Shown here: positions 1 to 9,626 of the stretch, piece by piece
How the letters are laid out: every line of letters starts with the position of its first letter
Numbering within the stretch: position 1 is the stretch's first letter
NCBI GenBank assembly: GCA_041576165.1
Contig: JBFGLM010000006.1
Coordinates: forward strand, 1-64,000
From: Acidimicrobiia bacterium
GTDB taxonomy: Bacteria; Actinomycetota; Acidimicrobiia; Spongiisociales; Spongiisociaceae
Reading direction: 5' to 3'
DNA: 64,000 nucleotides
Translations under genes and position numbers: made by a program
The notes under the pieces: model-generated
Told to the model about the DNA's origin: nothing
What the model saw: only the letters and a program-made list of their open reading frames with translations
The model's database searches: none

Positions 1-854
1 CGGCCGGCGAACAGCGTTTCGACTTCAGCGGCGCCGTCCTCTTCCTGACCGCGTTGCTGTCGCTATTGCTCGCGCTGTCGATCGGACAGGAAACCGGCTT
101 TGCGCAGGGCGGGATAATCCTGCTGCTGGGGTTGTTCGGAGCGTTTGGGGCTGCATTCATCATGACCGAACGCCGGGTACACCAGCCGATGCTGGACCTG
201 ACGATGTTCGAGAACATCGACTTCTCGATCGGGATCGCCACCGGGATGCTCAGCTTTGTGGCTGTTGGCGGCTTGTTCATCATCAGCCCCTTCTACCTCA
301 CCGACACCCTCGGCCTCGGCCCACGCGGGGTGGGATTGGTGCTGGCCTCCGGCCCCCTGCTCATCGGGCTGACCGCGCCGGTCGCGGGCAGGGCGTCTGA
401 CCGAATCGGATCGCGTCCGGTCACCGTCCTTGGCCTTGCCTCCGTCGCGCTCGGGTTTCTCCTATTCATGCGAATCCAACCTGACTCCGGAGTGGCGGCG
501 GTGGTGTGGGGCATGCTCCCGATCGGTGCCGGTATGGGAATCTTTCTGAGCCCGAACAACAGCGCGGTGATGGGCGCAGTGCGGCCGGAGCGGTACGGCG
601 TCGCCGGCAGCATCCTCACCCTGAACCGAATCGTAGGCCAAACCATCGGCATCGCGGCTCTCACCGCCATCTGGGCCATCCGTTTGGATGCGCGGCTCGC
701 CCAGCTGGATGCGGGTGCCGCGTCCGCCCCGGCGGAGGCCGGAGCGTTCCGAGACTTTGCGATGACCGCGCTGGCCATCGTGCTGGTGGCCCTGAGCCTG
801 GCCGCATGGGCCCTCAGCCGGGAACGCTCCCCGGCCCCGGCACCGTCCGAGTAA
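1..854 (+). CDS. MFS transporter, DHA2 (EmrB/QacA-like), 5'-truncated by window edge
   Basis: Frame is open from position 3 (AGEQRFDFSGAVLFL...); many TM segments; MFS motifs GRASDRIGSR, FLSPNN and HQPMLDL. Confidence 0.85.
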   Translation, partial: AGEQRFDFSGAVLFLTALLSLLLALSIGQETGFAQGGIILLLGLFGAFGAAFIMTERRVHQPMLDLTMFENIDFSIGIATGMLSFVAVGGLFIISPFYLTDTLGLGPRGVGLVLASGPLLIGLTAPVAGRASDRIGSRPVTVLGLASVALGFLLFMRIQPDSGVAAVVWGMLPIGAGMGIFLSPNNSAVMGAVRPERYGVAGSILTLNRIVGQTIGIAALTAIWAIRLDARLAQLDAGAASAPAEAGAFRDFAMTALAIVLVALSLAAWALSRERSPAPAPSE

Positions 855-1082
855 GCGGCTCCCGGCCTGGTCGGGCGCCCTTCAAACTCCCGGTGGGCCG
901 GCGGCACACCTGTCCGCTGGGGCGCACTCATCCATGATCGACCGGGGCCGAGGATCGATCGCAGCCGCCGCTCGAGAGGAGCCCGCATCACTGTCTGAGC
1001 TCTCAAAGGTAGGTGCTTGCGGCTGAGCGGCGATGCTCGCCGGCGGGTCTGAGGTAGCCTCCCGCCTGCTCACCGGCGGTCG

Positions 1083-2954
1083 CTAGCCGATCGCCACGAA
1101 CAGCAGCTGCGCGAGCTGTCCCCGGGTGAGCGGCTGGGTGGGGCAGAACGTGGTGGTGGTGCATCCCGAGGTGACGCCATTGAAGGCCAAGATGTCGATG
1201 TTCTGCTCGTGCACACTGCCGTCGTCGTCTGTGAACCGGTCCCTCCCCTCGCCCCCGGTCATGCCGGTGGCGCGAACCAGCAGAGAGGCGAACTGGGCGC
1301 GAGTCACGTCCCGAGTGGGACAAAACGTCGTCGCCGTGCAGCCGAACGTGATCTGGGCCGTGGCGAGAGCGTCGATATTGGCTTCGTGCACGCTGCCGTC
1401 GTCGTCGGTGAAGAGGTCGTCTCCCGCCCCGGTCGTCAGGTTGAACGCCCGAGCGAGGAACGAAGCAACCTGGCCACGCGACACGGGGTCGTCGGGGCAG
1501 AACTCGGAGCCGTCGCCGCACCCGCGGCTGATCCCCTGCGCCGCCATCCATGCGATGGCCTGGGCAAAGCGATGATCGGCCGCCACGTCCCCGAATACGG
1601 GAGCGGTGGTCACCGTCCAGGCGAAGGTCACGCTGTCCGCCGCGGAGCCGTCGGTGACCGTAGCGTTCACGGCTGTGTCGATCAGCGATGTCGGCTTGCC
1701 GGATATGAGCCCCGTGGACGGGTTGAGCGCCAGCCCTGGAGGCAGCCCGGAGGCCGAGTATGTCAGGGTATCGCCGGCGTCGGCATCGGTGCCGTCGAGC
1801 TGTAAGGCGACCTCGGCGCCAACCACACTGAATTGGCTGGCCACCGCCGCCAGGCTCGGGGTCTGATTGGGCGTGGCCACATCCAGCGTCACGGTGGCCG
1901 TGAGGGTGGCCCGATTGGTCGGGTAGGCGGAGGCGGCGTCGTAGGCGTAGTAGGTGAAGGCATCTTGCCCGTCGTACCCGCCCGTCGGCGTGTAGGTGAC
2001 GCTCGATGCCGTGAACGGGGTGCCGGTTGGCACGTTGAGGGTGCCGTGACTCGGCCCGGAGACCACGACGAAGGTGCGCGTGCCGAGCCCGGAGCCGAAG
2101 TTCTGAGTATTCAGCGCCACGCTCTGGGCGCGGGTAATGGTCAGCGGACCCGCATCGAGGGCGACGTACCCCGGCACCACCGTCAGTGTATCCGTCCACG
2201 AGTAGCTGTTGTTCGACTCGTTGGATTCGACCACGATGTCGTTCGGGTCGGCCAGGGCCGCCAGGTAGTAGTTGCCCGGCGCCACAGCCGACACGTCGAC
2301 CCACTGCAGTGCGAGGTACTGGCCATAGATATCGCGCCAGTCGGGCGACACCCCCATCTCGAGGTACGTGGCATCGGGATCGCCGCTGGCGCACCAGTTG
2401 CCCCCGCCGTCGTACACGGGAGGCGGGGGCGGACCCTGACCGATCCATTCGATATCGAACAGGCAGAAGCCGATCTTGGCCCCGGCCGTAACCTGCTGGG
2501 TCTTGGCCTGGTTCCACAGCGAGTACTCGGTGATCTCCATGAGATGCCAGTGCTGGTGACCGTCGGAGTTCTCGAACTGGATAGCCGGATTGGATCCGGT
2601 GGTCGCCAGCGGGAACCGCTCCACCATCGCTCCGTCCGAATTCAGAATGTGTTGCGCCACCGCCCCGGCCGTTCCCGCCGCCGACGGCTGTGGGTTGCCT
2701 TCGATGTGGAGCGGGCCCGCGCCGATGTTGGTGACGAAGCCGTCGAAGCGCACCCCGAGCAGCTCATTCCCCAGCCACGGGATGCTCTCCGGCGGCTGGA
2801 CGTTGTCGGGGGGGTCGGCCACCAGATCCGGGTAATCGCCCGCCTGAGCCCGGGCCGTGGTGGCGACCAGAATGGCGAGTACGGCTCCGAGCAGGGCGGC
2901 CACGACCGCGCGGCCCGCGAAACCGCTTCGACTGGGTTCGGTTCGCACCTGCAT
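1083..2954 (-). CDS. Secreted lysyl oxidase-like protein with Ig-like (Big/He_PIG) domains and three C-terminal SLH domains
   Basis: Signal peptide ending ARA|Q; HQHWH Cu motif, KIGFCLFD and DIY..QWVDV as in LOX; SASGLPPGLALNPSTGLISG He_PIG motif; F-D-V...FCP..TRGQ SLH repeats. Start set at ATG 2954 (GGGGGA SD); 2978 is an alternative. Confidence 0.85.
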   Translation of the reverse strand: MQVRTEPSRSGFAGRAVVAALLGAVLAILVATTARAQAGDYPDLVADPPDNVQPPESIPWLGNELLGVRFDGFVTNIGAGPLHIEGNPQPSAAGTAGAVAQHILNSDGAMVERFPLATTGSNPAIQFENSDGHQHWHLMEITEYSLWNQAKTQQVTAGAKIGFCLFDIEWIGQGPPPPPVYDGGGNWCASGDPDATYLEMGVSPDWRDIYGQYLALQWVDVSAVAPGNYYLAALADPNDIVVESNESNNSYSWTDTLTVVPGYVALDAGPLTITRAQSVALNTQNFGSGLGTRTFVVVSGPSHGTLNVPTGTPFTASSVTYTPTGGYDGQDAFTYYAYDAASAYPTNRATLTATVTLDVATPNQTPSLAAVASQFSVVGAEVALQLDGTDADAGDTLTYSASGLPPGLALNPSTGLISGKPTSLIDTAVNATVTDGSAADSVTFAWTVTTAPVFGDVAADHRFAQAIAWMAAQGISRGCGDGSEFCPDDPVSRGQVASFLARAFNLTTGAGDDLFTDDDGSVHEANIDALATAQITFGCTATTFCPTRDVTRAQFASLLVRATGMTGGEGRDRFTDDDGSVHEQNIDILAFNGVTSGCTTTTFCPTQPLTRGQLAQLLFVAIG

Positions 2955-3142
2955 CGGTCCCCCGGCTGGCCCTGGCATCTGCCCTCAGGGTGAAGCGTAC
3001 CCGGCCCCGTGTGGGAGGCGGCGCTCTGCCGGCGGCGGCGGTAGTCTGTCGGGCAGCCGACATTCAAATGGCCGGGGACGGAATATCGCTCCGCCGCTCA
3101 ACGCTGGCCACGGGGAGACACCTCGATCTGGAGGGACACAGC

Positions 3143-3976
3143 ATGTCAGACGCACCATTCCCTACGCTCCCCACCGGCTGGGAGCCCACCCGTGCCACTC
3201 TTCACGTCTACAGCCGAGCGATCGGTGCCCTCCCGCAGGTGCACGTTCCGAAACACGACAGATGGTGGCATATCAGCCTCAAGCCGCTCCCGATCGGCTT
3301 GGTGACCGAACCCATGGGACTGCCCGACGGGTCGAGCATCTTTGCCCGGCTCGACCTCCGCACCCACGAAGTAGTCCTGGAGTCGAGCGACGGCCAGGCC
3401 CTTCGCTGGGACATGCGATCGGGCAGGACCGGCACCGAGATGACCGAGGCGCTGATCGAGGCACTCGCGTCGCGCGGGCTCGAGGGCGAATACGTCCGCA
3501 AGGACTTCGAAAACGACGAACCGACCTCCTACGACGAAGCTGCGGCGACGAGCTTCTGGCGGGCGCTGACCAGCGCCGGCCAGGTGTTCTCCACACACCG
3601 GGCCGCGATTGGCGGTGAGGTTGGACCGGTGCAGCTGTGGCCGCACGGGTTTGACCTGGCCTTCGAATGGTTCGGCACCAAAACCCAGGAACACGAAGAA
3701 CACGGCGAGACCAAGCGCCTGGCTGCGCAGCTGAACCTGGGCTTCTACCCGGCGGGCGATGCATACTTCTACTCAAATCCGTGGCCGTTCGACGCCGGCG
3801 CGTTGCTCGGCAAACCGCTCCCGGACGGCGCTCGCTGGATGACGGCCGATGCCGGCGGCTTCGATGGAACGTCCCTTCCCTATTCGGCAGTCGCCGGCGA
3901 CCCCGCCGGGGCAGAACGAGTGGCGGCCTACGCCATGGCGGTTTTCGAGCTGGCGGCACCCACCCTGACGGAATGA
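3143..3976 (+). CDS. DUF5996-like conserved protein
   Basis: W.PTRATLH, WWHISL, PVQLWPHGFDLA and GFYP...YFYS.PWP motifs; GGAGG SD before ATG 3143. Confidence 0.7.
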   Translation: MSDAPFPTLPTGWEPTRATLHVYSRAIGALPQVHVPKHDRWWHISLKPLPIGLVTEPMGLPDGSSIFARLDLRTHEVVLESSDGQALRWDMRSGRTGTEMTEALIEALASRGLEGEYVRKDFENDEPTSYDEAAATSFWRALTSAGQVFSTHRAAIGGEVGPVQLWPHGFDLAFEWFGTKTQEHEEHGETKRLAAQLNLGFYPAGDAYFYSNPWPFDAGALLGKPLPDGARWMTADAGGFDGTSLPYSAVAGDPAGAERVAAYAMAVFELAAPTLTE

Positions 3977-4120
3977 CCAAGCCGCTCGGCGGTCATTCGC
4001 GGGCGGGGCAGATGCAAAAAAAGTGACAGGATTAGGCCAAATGGCCCTATCCACAACCCACGCCGGCGAGTAAGTTGCCTGGAGTACCCACGGCTATCCG
4101 CCCAGCCGGAAAGGGATCAT

Positions 4121-4309
4121 ATGCAGGGACCCCCCCTCAGGACGCTGTCCGGGGATTTGTTCGTCGCCGCCATCACCGGCGGCGAAGAGAGCGTCGATTC
4201 GGACCTGGACAAGCGCATCATGGTCGAAGCCGACGAACTCGCCACCGAGTATCCCGCGGAGCTCATCGCTCTCGAAGACGCGTTGAAAGGGATGTACTTC
4301 TTCGGCTGA
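4121..4309 (+). CDS. Small acidic hypothetical protein (62 aa)
   Basis: AAGGGA SD-like sequence before ATG; host-like codon usage; fills the intergenic gap. Confidence 0.55.
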   Translation: MQGPPLRTLSGDLFVAAITGGEESVDSDLDKRIMVEADELATEYPAELIALEDALKGMYFFG

Positions 4310-4385
4310 ACGGCAGCCCGACGGCTAGGAATCAGCAGCACCGCCAGCACCGCCGCCGTTTCGTCGCGTCCGGAGGTCATCGCCA

Positions 4386-4904
4386 TCAACGCGCAATATC
4401 CGCCACCTGCGCCCCGACCGCGGCGATGAGATCGGCCGGATCGAGCAAGATCTGAACACCGGCCGCGCCACCCGAGATGCCCATCTGCCGGTGCAGCTCA
4501 GCCGTCTCGTCGACGAACACCGGCAGCCTACGCTTGGCGCCGAGCACCGTCACCGAACCCCGGCGGTAGCCGGTGAGGCCGTGTACGCGGGCCCGGGCAG
4601 CCAGCTCCACCTTACGATTGCCGCTTGCTGCGGCCAGGCGCTTGAGGTCGAGCTGGGAACCGCCGGGGATGAGTGCGAAGAGCGGACCCGTGCGGTCTCC
4701 GACCGCAACCAGGGTCTTGAATACCTGTTCCGGCGGCATCCCCAGCAGCTCCGCCACCGCCTCGGCCGAAAACTCCGCATCTTCCAGCGCATACGCCCTG
4801 AGCTGGTACGACACGCCGGCATCATCAAGGATCCGAGCGGCGATGGTCTTCGATGGCGCCGGCCCCGAAGATGCCGGTTGAGACCGCCGCGCACGCTTGC
4901 CCAT
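4386..4904 (-). CDS. ybaK: Aminoacyl-tRNA deacylase (YbaK/EbsC family)
   Basis: KT.AARILD, VFKTLV, LDLKRLA, TGY.RG and SGG..G motifs; AGGAG SD before ATG 4904. Confidence 0.85.
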   Translation of the reverse strand: MGKRARRSQPASSGPAPSKTIAARILDDAGVSYQLRAYALEDAEFSAEAVAELLGMPPEQVFKTLVAVGDRTGPLFALIPGGSQLDLKRLAAASGNRKVELAARARVHGLTGYRRGSVTVLGAKRRLPVFVDETAELHRQMGISGGAAGVQILLDPADLIAAVGAQVADIAR

Positions 4905-4953
4905 CTCCTGCAAGCTAGTTAGGTGCGGCCGCGGTGCCGAACAAGCCCGAAGG

Positions 4954-7392
4954 TCATCCCACCGGATGCACTTGGTGTTCCTGTTTGGCCCAATCGAGGT
5001 CGATACCGTGAAACACAAACCGAACCGGAGCGTTCAAATCCCGGGCGACGGTGAGGTCCACGAACCAGACTCCGATCGTCGTGTCCGTCGCCTGCTCCTC
5101 ATGCGCAGTTGCCCAACCATCGAACGTGACGGACAGGCCGAACGGCACAGCGGCCAGCACTCGCAGCACACCACCCCGGGGGGCGGTCGGCACCCGCCGG
5201 GTCGGCTTCCACACCTCCATATTCGCCATGCGCCCGCGGCCCCGCAGATAGCGATCAGCCACCGGAGGAACCCGGTCAAAGACCTCTCCGTCGTATACCG
5301 ATCGCAGCAACTTGATGTATTCGGCGTGTGCCCACATCAGAGGCATCGCCGCACCGGTCGGGCGCCCGAATGAGAGCCCGTACTGTAGGAGATCCGGGCG
5401 ATCCCACACTTGCTCGGGAAGCAAGCCGGCGCCGGTGGCAAAGCCCTCCATCCAGTCGATATACGGCATTGGGTCACGCCCGGTCGCGAATTCGTAATGC
5501 CCGCGCTCCCCTGTCAGCAGCGGCCACGGGCGTCCCCGCCCCCAGATGTGATAGCCGGTGCCGTCGTCCCGCTGGCCGTAGCCATCGTGGTTGTAGCGGT
5601 ACCACGCCGTGCCCGACGGAGAATCGAACCTCAGACAATGGTCGACCACCTGCAGCGAGTCTTCGATCAGAGAATCACCGGGCGGACGGATCCCGTACCT
5701 CACCAGCTCGAGAAAGCCGGCGTCGACGACCTCGGGGGCCGGCCAGGCGAATTGGCCGCCCGGCGGCCGGTTGGCGAGTATCAGCACCCCCTGATTCGGG
5801 TCCTCGTTGGGGTACGGGTCGAGCGGGTCAACCGGATGGATGCGGATGTAATGGCGAGAGATATGGGGGTGCAATGTGCCGCTCGTGGTCACCGTCAAGT
5901 GTTCGATCCGCGCTTCGAGATAGTCGGCCTGCTCCTCGAGAAAACGCGAGAGGTCATGGTCGCCGCGGGAGCGGGCCATCTGGGCGGCCGCGACCAGCGC
6001 GGCGATGGTGGCGGCCAGCGTGGACGGTGAATAGCCACTGGCCTCCTCCCAGCGTTCCTGAGGCGTGACCGGACCTCGTTGGATGAGGTAACCCGCGGCC
6101 CTCCGCACCATTGGGTATGGATCGAACTGCTCTAGGCCCCCACAGTCCCACAGCCGCCATGCCAGCAAGATCGGAAAGGCCACCTCGTCCAGCTGGACGC
6201 CGTTCCAGTACGGTTCGCCGCTGATCCAGAAATTCTGGGGGAAGCCGCCGTCGGCGTGTTGTGTGGCGGCCAAATAGATCAGCGACCGCAGCGGGGCCTC
6301 GGTGTTCCCGGTTGCTAGTAGGCCGGTGGCGCTGTTCACCATGTCGCGGGTCCAAACCAGGTGGTAACCCCCGAGTTCCCCGTCGCCTTTTTCGTCGCCC
6401 CACGGAATGGACAGTGATGCAATCAGGGCGCCCGGGTAGCGCTTGTCTTCGTGGGCGAGCAACAGCTGGGCGGAAGTTCGGTACAGCGCTCCCCCGTCAC
6501 CTGCCACGCTGCCGAGTGGCACCAGCTCCGGCGCGCCGCGTCGCCACTGCCCAACGAACTTCTGGCGGAAATCTCCGAAGTCGTGCCCGAGCGCTTGCAA
6601 CATGCCGGTCAAGGCGCCATGGCGGTGGTCCGCAAACGCCAGCGCCAGAATCGCTTCGTCAGTCGCCGAGAAGTCGAGCTCCCCCGTCAGCGCGATATTC
6701 CCATCGAGGGCGACGTCGAACTCCCAGTCCATCGTCAGGTTGGTACTGAGGTCCTGCCAGCCGTCGCTTGACGCCACATACCCCACGGACGCCTTCAGGA
6801 ACGGCTGGTCGGCGCCCAGCGCCAGCCACGTCCTTCTCTTCCACGCGGTCAACACTTTGCGACTGTTGGCCTCGATCACCTGACCGTTGTTGCCATATCC
6901 ACCGATCTCGAGGTGGGGGGCGCACAACACGAATAGGCGCAGTCGGGAGCGGACGGGTTCGTCGGCGTGGAGCTCGACCCGGATCAAGAGCGTCGCCGTG
7001 TCCGGATCAGTGACGATTTCCTTTTCCAGCTGGTACCTGCCTTCCCGATCGCGGGTCGTGACCACGAAACCCAGGGCGCCGTCGATTGGCTCGATCGACG
7101 CATCGAGATGACGGCGTTCGTCGTGGAAAAAGCTCTCCCCGTCGGTGACCAGCAACTGGAGGTCACGCACTTGTGGTCGGTCGATCGTCGGGTAGTAGAT
7201 CTCGTTCAGAATGCCGGAAGAGATGGTGAACCACACCGGACTGCCGGTGTCGCGGGCGGTTCCCACGGCATCTTTCGCGGCCCGAGTCCAGCGCGGTTCG
7301 ATTCCGGGAGCGCCGAACGCCACCCGAGCGCCGGTCGGTGCGCCGGCAGGTTCGGAGGCCAGCTCCCAGGGCGGGCTCCCCGACGGCATCAT
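4954..7392 (-). CDS. Glucan 1,4-alpha-glucosidase / glucodextranase-type glucoamylase (GH15)
   Basis: GAPGIEPRWT N-terminus, ASLSIPWG, GGYHLVWTRD, TPQERWEE, LLPEQVWD and PLMWAHAEY motifs. Confidence 0.9.
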   Translation of the reverse strand: MMPSGSPPWELASEPAGAPTGARVAFGAPGIEPRWTRAAKDAVGTARDTGSPVWFTISSGILNEIYYPTIDRPQVRDLQLLVTDGESFFHDERRHLDASIEPIDGALGFVVTTRDREGRYQLEKEIVTDPDTATLLIRVELHADEPVRSRLRLFVLCAPHLEIGGYGNNGQVIEANSRKVLTAWKRRTWLALGADQPFLKASVGYVASSDGWQDLSTNLTMDWEFDVALDGNIALTGELDFSATDEAILALAFADHRHGALTGMLQALGHDFGDFRQKFVGQWRRGAPELVPLGSVAGDGGALYRTSAQLLLAHEDKRYPGALIASLSIPWGDEKGDGELGGYHLVWTRDMVNSATGLLATGNTEAPLRSLIYLAATQHADGGFPQNFWISGEPYWNGVQLDEVAFPILLAWRLWDCGGLEQFDPYPMVRRAAGYLIQRGPVTPQERWEEASGYSPSTLAATIAALVAAAQMARSRGDHDLSRFLEEQADYLEARIEHLTVTTSGTLHPHISRHYIRIHPVDPLDPYPNEDPNQGVLILANRPPGGQFAWPAPEVVDAGFLELVRYGIRPPGDSLIEDSLQVVDHCLRFDSPSGTAWYRYNHDGYGQRDDGTGYHIWGRGRPWPLLTGERGHYEFATGRDPMPYIDWMEGFATGAGLLPEQVWDRPDLLQYGLSFGRPTGAAMPLMWAHAEYIKLLRSVYDGEVFDRVPPVADRYLRGRGRMANMEVWKPTRRVPTAPRGGVLRVLAAVPFGLSVTFDGWATAHEEQATDTTIGVWFVDLTVARDLNAPVRFVFHGIDLDWAKQEHQVHPVG

Positions 7393-8576
7393 TGCGCCGT
7401 GTTGGCGACGAAGGATTGAATCAGGGACTGGTACCGATCCCGGTCGACGTTCCAGGCTTCGCCATGTCCGGCCGACTCGAAAACCTCGAGTCGCACGAAG
7501 TCGCGCGCTTCGATCGCCATCTCCCGACTCACCTCCAACGGGGCTTCCCGATCCGCGCCTCCGTGCATGATCAACATCGGAACCCTGATCGAGTCTCCGA
7601 AAGCTACATAATTGACGTCGTCCCAGTCCAGACGAGTGCGCCAGCCGGTAAAGGCCATCGCCGCCCGGGTCATGAAGCCGGAGATCGGGAGCCGCAACGC
7701 CAGGTGGTCCCGGCGAGCGATGTCGGCTTCGATCGAAGCTCGGGCGTTCAAGTGTGGCCCCTCCAGGGCAACACCGTCGACCTGGTCCGCCATCTCGGAC
7801 CGAACGAGAAAACTCACGGCAGCGGAGCCGCCCATGCCCTGCCCGAACAGCACGATGTGTTCGGCGCCCTGCGATGCGGCGTACTCCACTCCGACTTCGA
7901 CATCACGCCATTCGGCGGCGCCGAAGCGGTACAACCCGGAGGGATCCGGTGGTGACGCACCTTGGTTGCGATAGTCCAGCACGACCACCGTGAGGTTGAG
8001 CCGCGCGAGGATATCCACCAGGCGCAGCGCGGCGCGGCGCTCGTCGCTGCCGTCCCGCAACACGATTGCCCAGCGGTGCGGATCGCCTTCGATCAGCCAG
8101 CCGCCCAGCGGGCCGAGGGCTGATTCGAGGCTCAATTCATCGTGGACCAGGTTCAGGCCGACAGTCGGATCGGGGCCGAATGCCCAGGGATGAACCGAGA
8201 CGACCGAGCCGACCCGCAGTGAGCTGCCGTCGAGCAGCTCGACCCGGCGCACGACCTGTTCATACGACCTGTCGAGGATCTCACCGACGAGGCCGAAGTT
8301 TCCGGTGTTGTCCATCGCCCAGACACCCTCTCGGCCCACGAACGGGGTGCGTAGGCTGACGACGTCCAGCCTGACCATTCCTTCATCCAGGGCAGATATG
8401 CGCGCCTGCGGAGGCGGAACATCCACCCAGGGTTCGAGGAACCGGTCTCGTATGCGGCTCGACCCAATCAGCCCGCCGATCGTGATGGTGGCAATCAGCG
8501 CGAACGCGACGACGCTGAGGAGGCCCCGAACAACGATCAGGGTAAGCGGCGCCGTGACCTCGCTAGGCCTCACCAT
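7389..8576 (-). CDS. Membrane-anchored alpha/beta-hydrolase fold protein; nucleophile position is Gly
   Basis: N-terminal TM; DYRN; GQGMGG elbow; HGGADRE; AGH..AWN. Confidence 0.8.
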   Translation of the reverse strand: MVRPSEVTAPLTLIVVRGLLSVVAFALIATITIGGLIGSSRIRDRFLEPWVDVPPPQARISALDEGMVRLDVVSLRTPFVGREGVWAMDNTGNFGLVGEILDRSYEQVVRRVELLDGSSLRVGSVVSVHPWAFGPDPTVGLNLVHDELSLESALGPLGGWLIEGDPHRWAIVLRDGSDERRAALRLVDILARLNLTVVVLDYRNQGASPPDPSGLYRFGAAEWRDVEVGVEYAASQGAEHIVLFGQGMGGSAAVSFLVRSEMADQVDGVALEGPHLNARASIEADIARRDHLALRLPISGFMTRAAMAFTGWRTRLDWDDVNYVAFGDSIRVPMLIMHGGADREAPLEVSREMAIEARDFVRLEVFESAGHGEAWNVDRDRYQSLIQSFVANTAQ

Positions 8577-8658
8577 GCAGCAACCCTACGTGGGGACATC
8601 CATCAGCATTCGGACATCTGCCCGGGCGTGCACCGTGAAACGTTCGTTGCGGTCAGCC

Positions 8659-9510
8659 TCAGCCGCTGAACGTGTCGCAGGCGTTGGGGTCCCCGGTCTC
8701 GTACCCGGTCGTGAACCAGTCGACCCGCTGCTCCGACGACCCGTGCGTCCACGATTCGGGGTTGATCCGACCGCCCGACTGCGCCTGGATTCGATCGTCT
8801 CCGACGGCCGCCGCCGCGCTCAGCGCCTCCTCTATGTCGCCCGGTTCGAGGACATCGCCCCGCTGATAGATCGAGTGGGCCCATACGCCCGCCCAGCAGT
8901 CCGCCTGGAGCTCGAGACGCACCGAGAGGCCGTTGCGCTGCGACGGATCCTGCTGGCTCAAAGCGTTGACCTGGTCGCTGATACCGAGCAGATTCTGCAC
9001 ATGGTGCGCCACCTCATGGGCAATGACGTATGCCTCGGCAAAATCGCCGCCACTCGCCCCGAACCGGCGTTGTAGTTCGTCGAAGAAACCTAGATCGATG
9101 TAGATCTGTTCGTCCAACGGGCAATAATGCGGGCCGATGGCCGCACTGGCCCCGCCACACGCAGAGCTGGTACCTCCCTCGAAGAGCACGAGTTCGGCCG
9201 GCCGGTATTGCTGTCCGGCCTGGGTGAATAGATCCGACCACAGGGTCTCGGTCGTGCCTAGAACGGCTTCAACGAACTGGCGTTCGTCATCGTTGACGGG
9301 AGGCACCGTCTGGCTCGGTGCCTGCGGGGCGGTGGCGCCGCCCAGCTGGCCCATCAGATCACCCAGGTCCCCGTCACCGCCGCCGCCAAGCAGCATGAAC
9401 AAGATCAGACCGATGATGCCCAGGCCGCCCACGCCGCCAGCGACCCTGCCGCCCGGCATGCCGCGGCGGTCCTGGACGTTTGAGCTTCTTTCAAGATTTC
9501 GCCAACGCAC
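8659..9510 (-). CDS. Neutral zinc metallopeptidase (YpfJ family)
   Basis: SSNVQDRRG, GPHYCP.D, YVIAHEVAHHVQ, ELQADC and THGSSEQR motifs. Confidence 0.9.
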   Translation of the reverse strand: MRWRNLERSSNVQDRRGMPGGRVAGGVGGLGIIGLILFMLLGGGGDGDLGDLMGQLGGATAPQAPSQTVPPVNDDERQFVEAVLGTTETLWSDLFTQAGQQYRPAELVLFEGGTSSACGGASAAIGPHYCPLDEQIYIDLGFFDELQRRFGASGGDFAEAYVIAHEVAHHVQNLLGISDQVNALSQQDPSQRNGLSVRLELQADCWAGVWAHSIYQRGDVLEPGDIEEALSAAAAVGDDRIQAQSGGRINPESWTHGSSEQRVDWFTTGYETGDPNACDTFSG

Positions 9511-9582
9511 CCCTGTACTCCAATTCGTGTGTGCGGCCCCGCAGGTTAGGGCTCTTCCGGCACACAGGGCCTACCCAGCCGG

Positions 9583-9622
9583 GGGCGGGTTCAAACTCGA
9601 CAGGGCGGGTTCACACGCGACA
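9583..9622. repeat. 20-bp tandem direct repeat, two copies
   Basis: GGGCGGGTTCAAACTCGACA / GGGCGGGTTCACACGCGACA, 18/20 identical. Confidence 0.7.
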
Positions 9623-9626
9623 CCGG

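Noticed and set aside
855-1082. Intergenic region between the convergent MFS and LOX genes as an ncRNA
   Set aside because: Only weak, imperfect hairpins, with no repeat copy or recognisable motif
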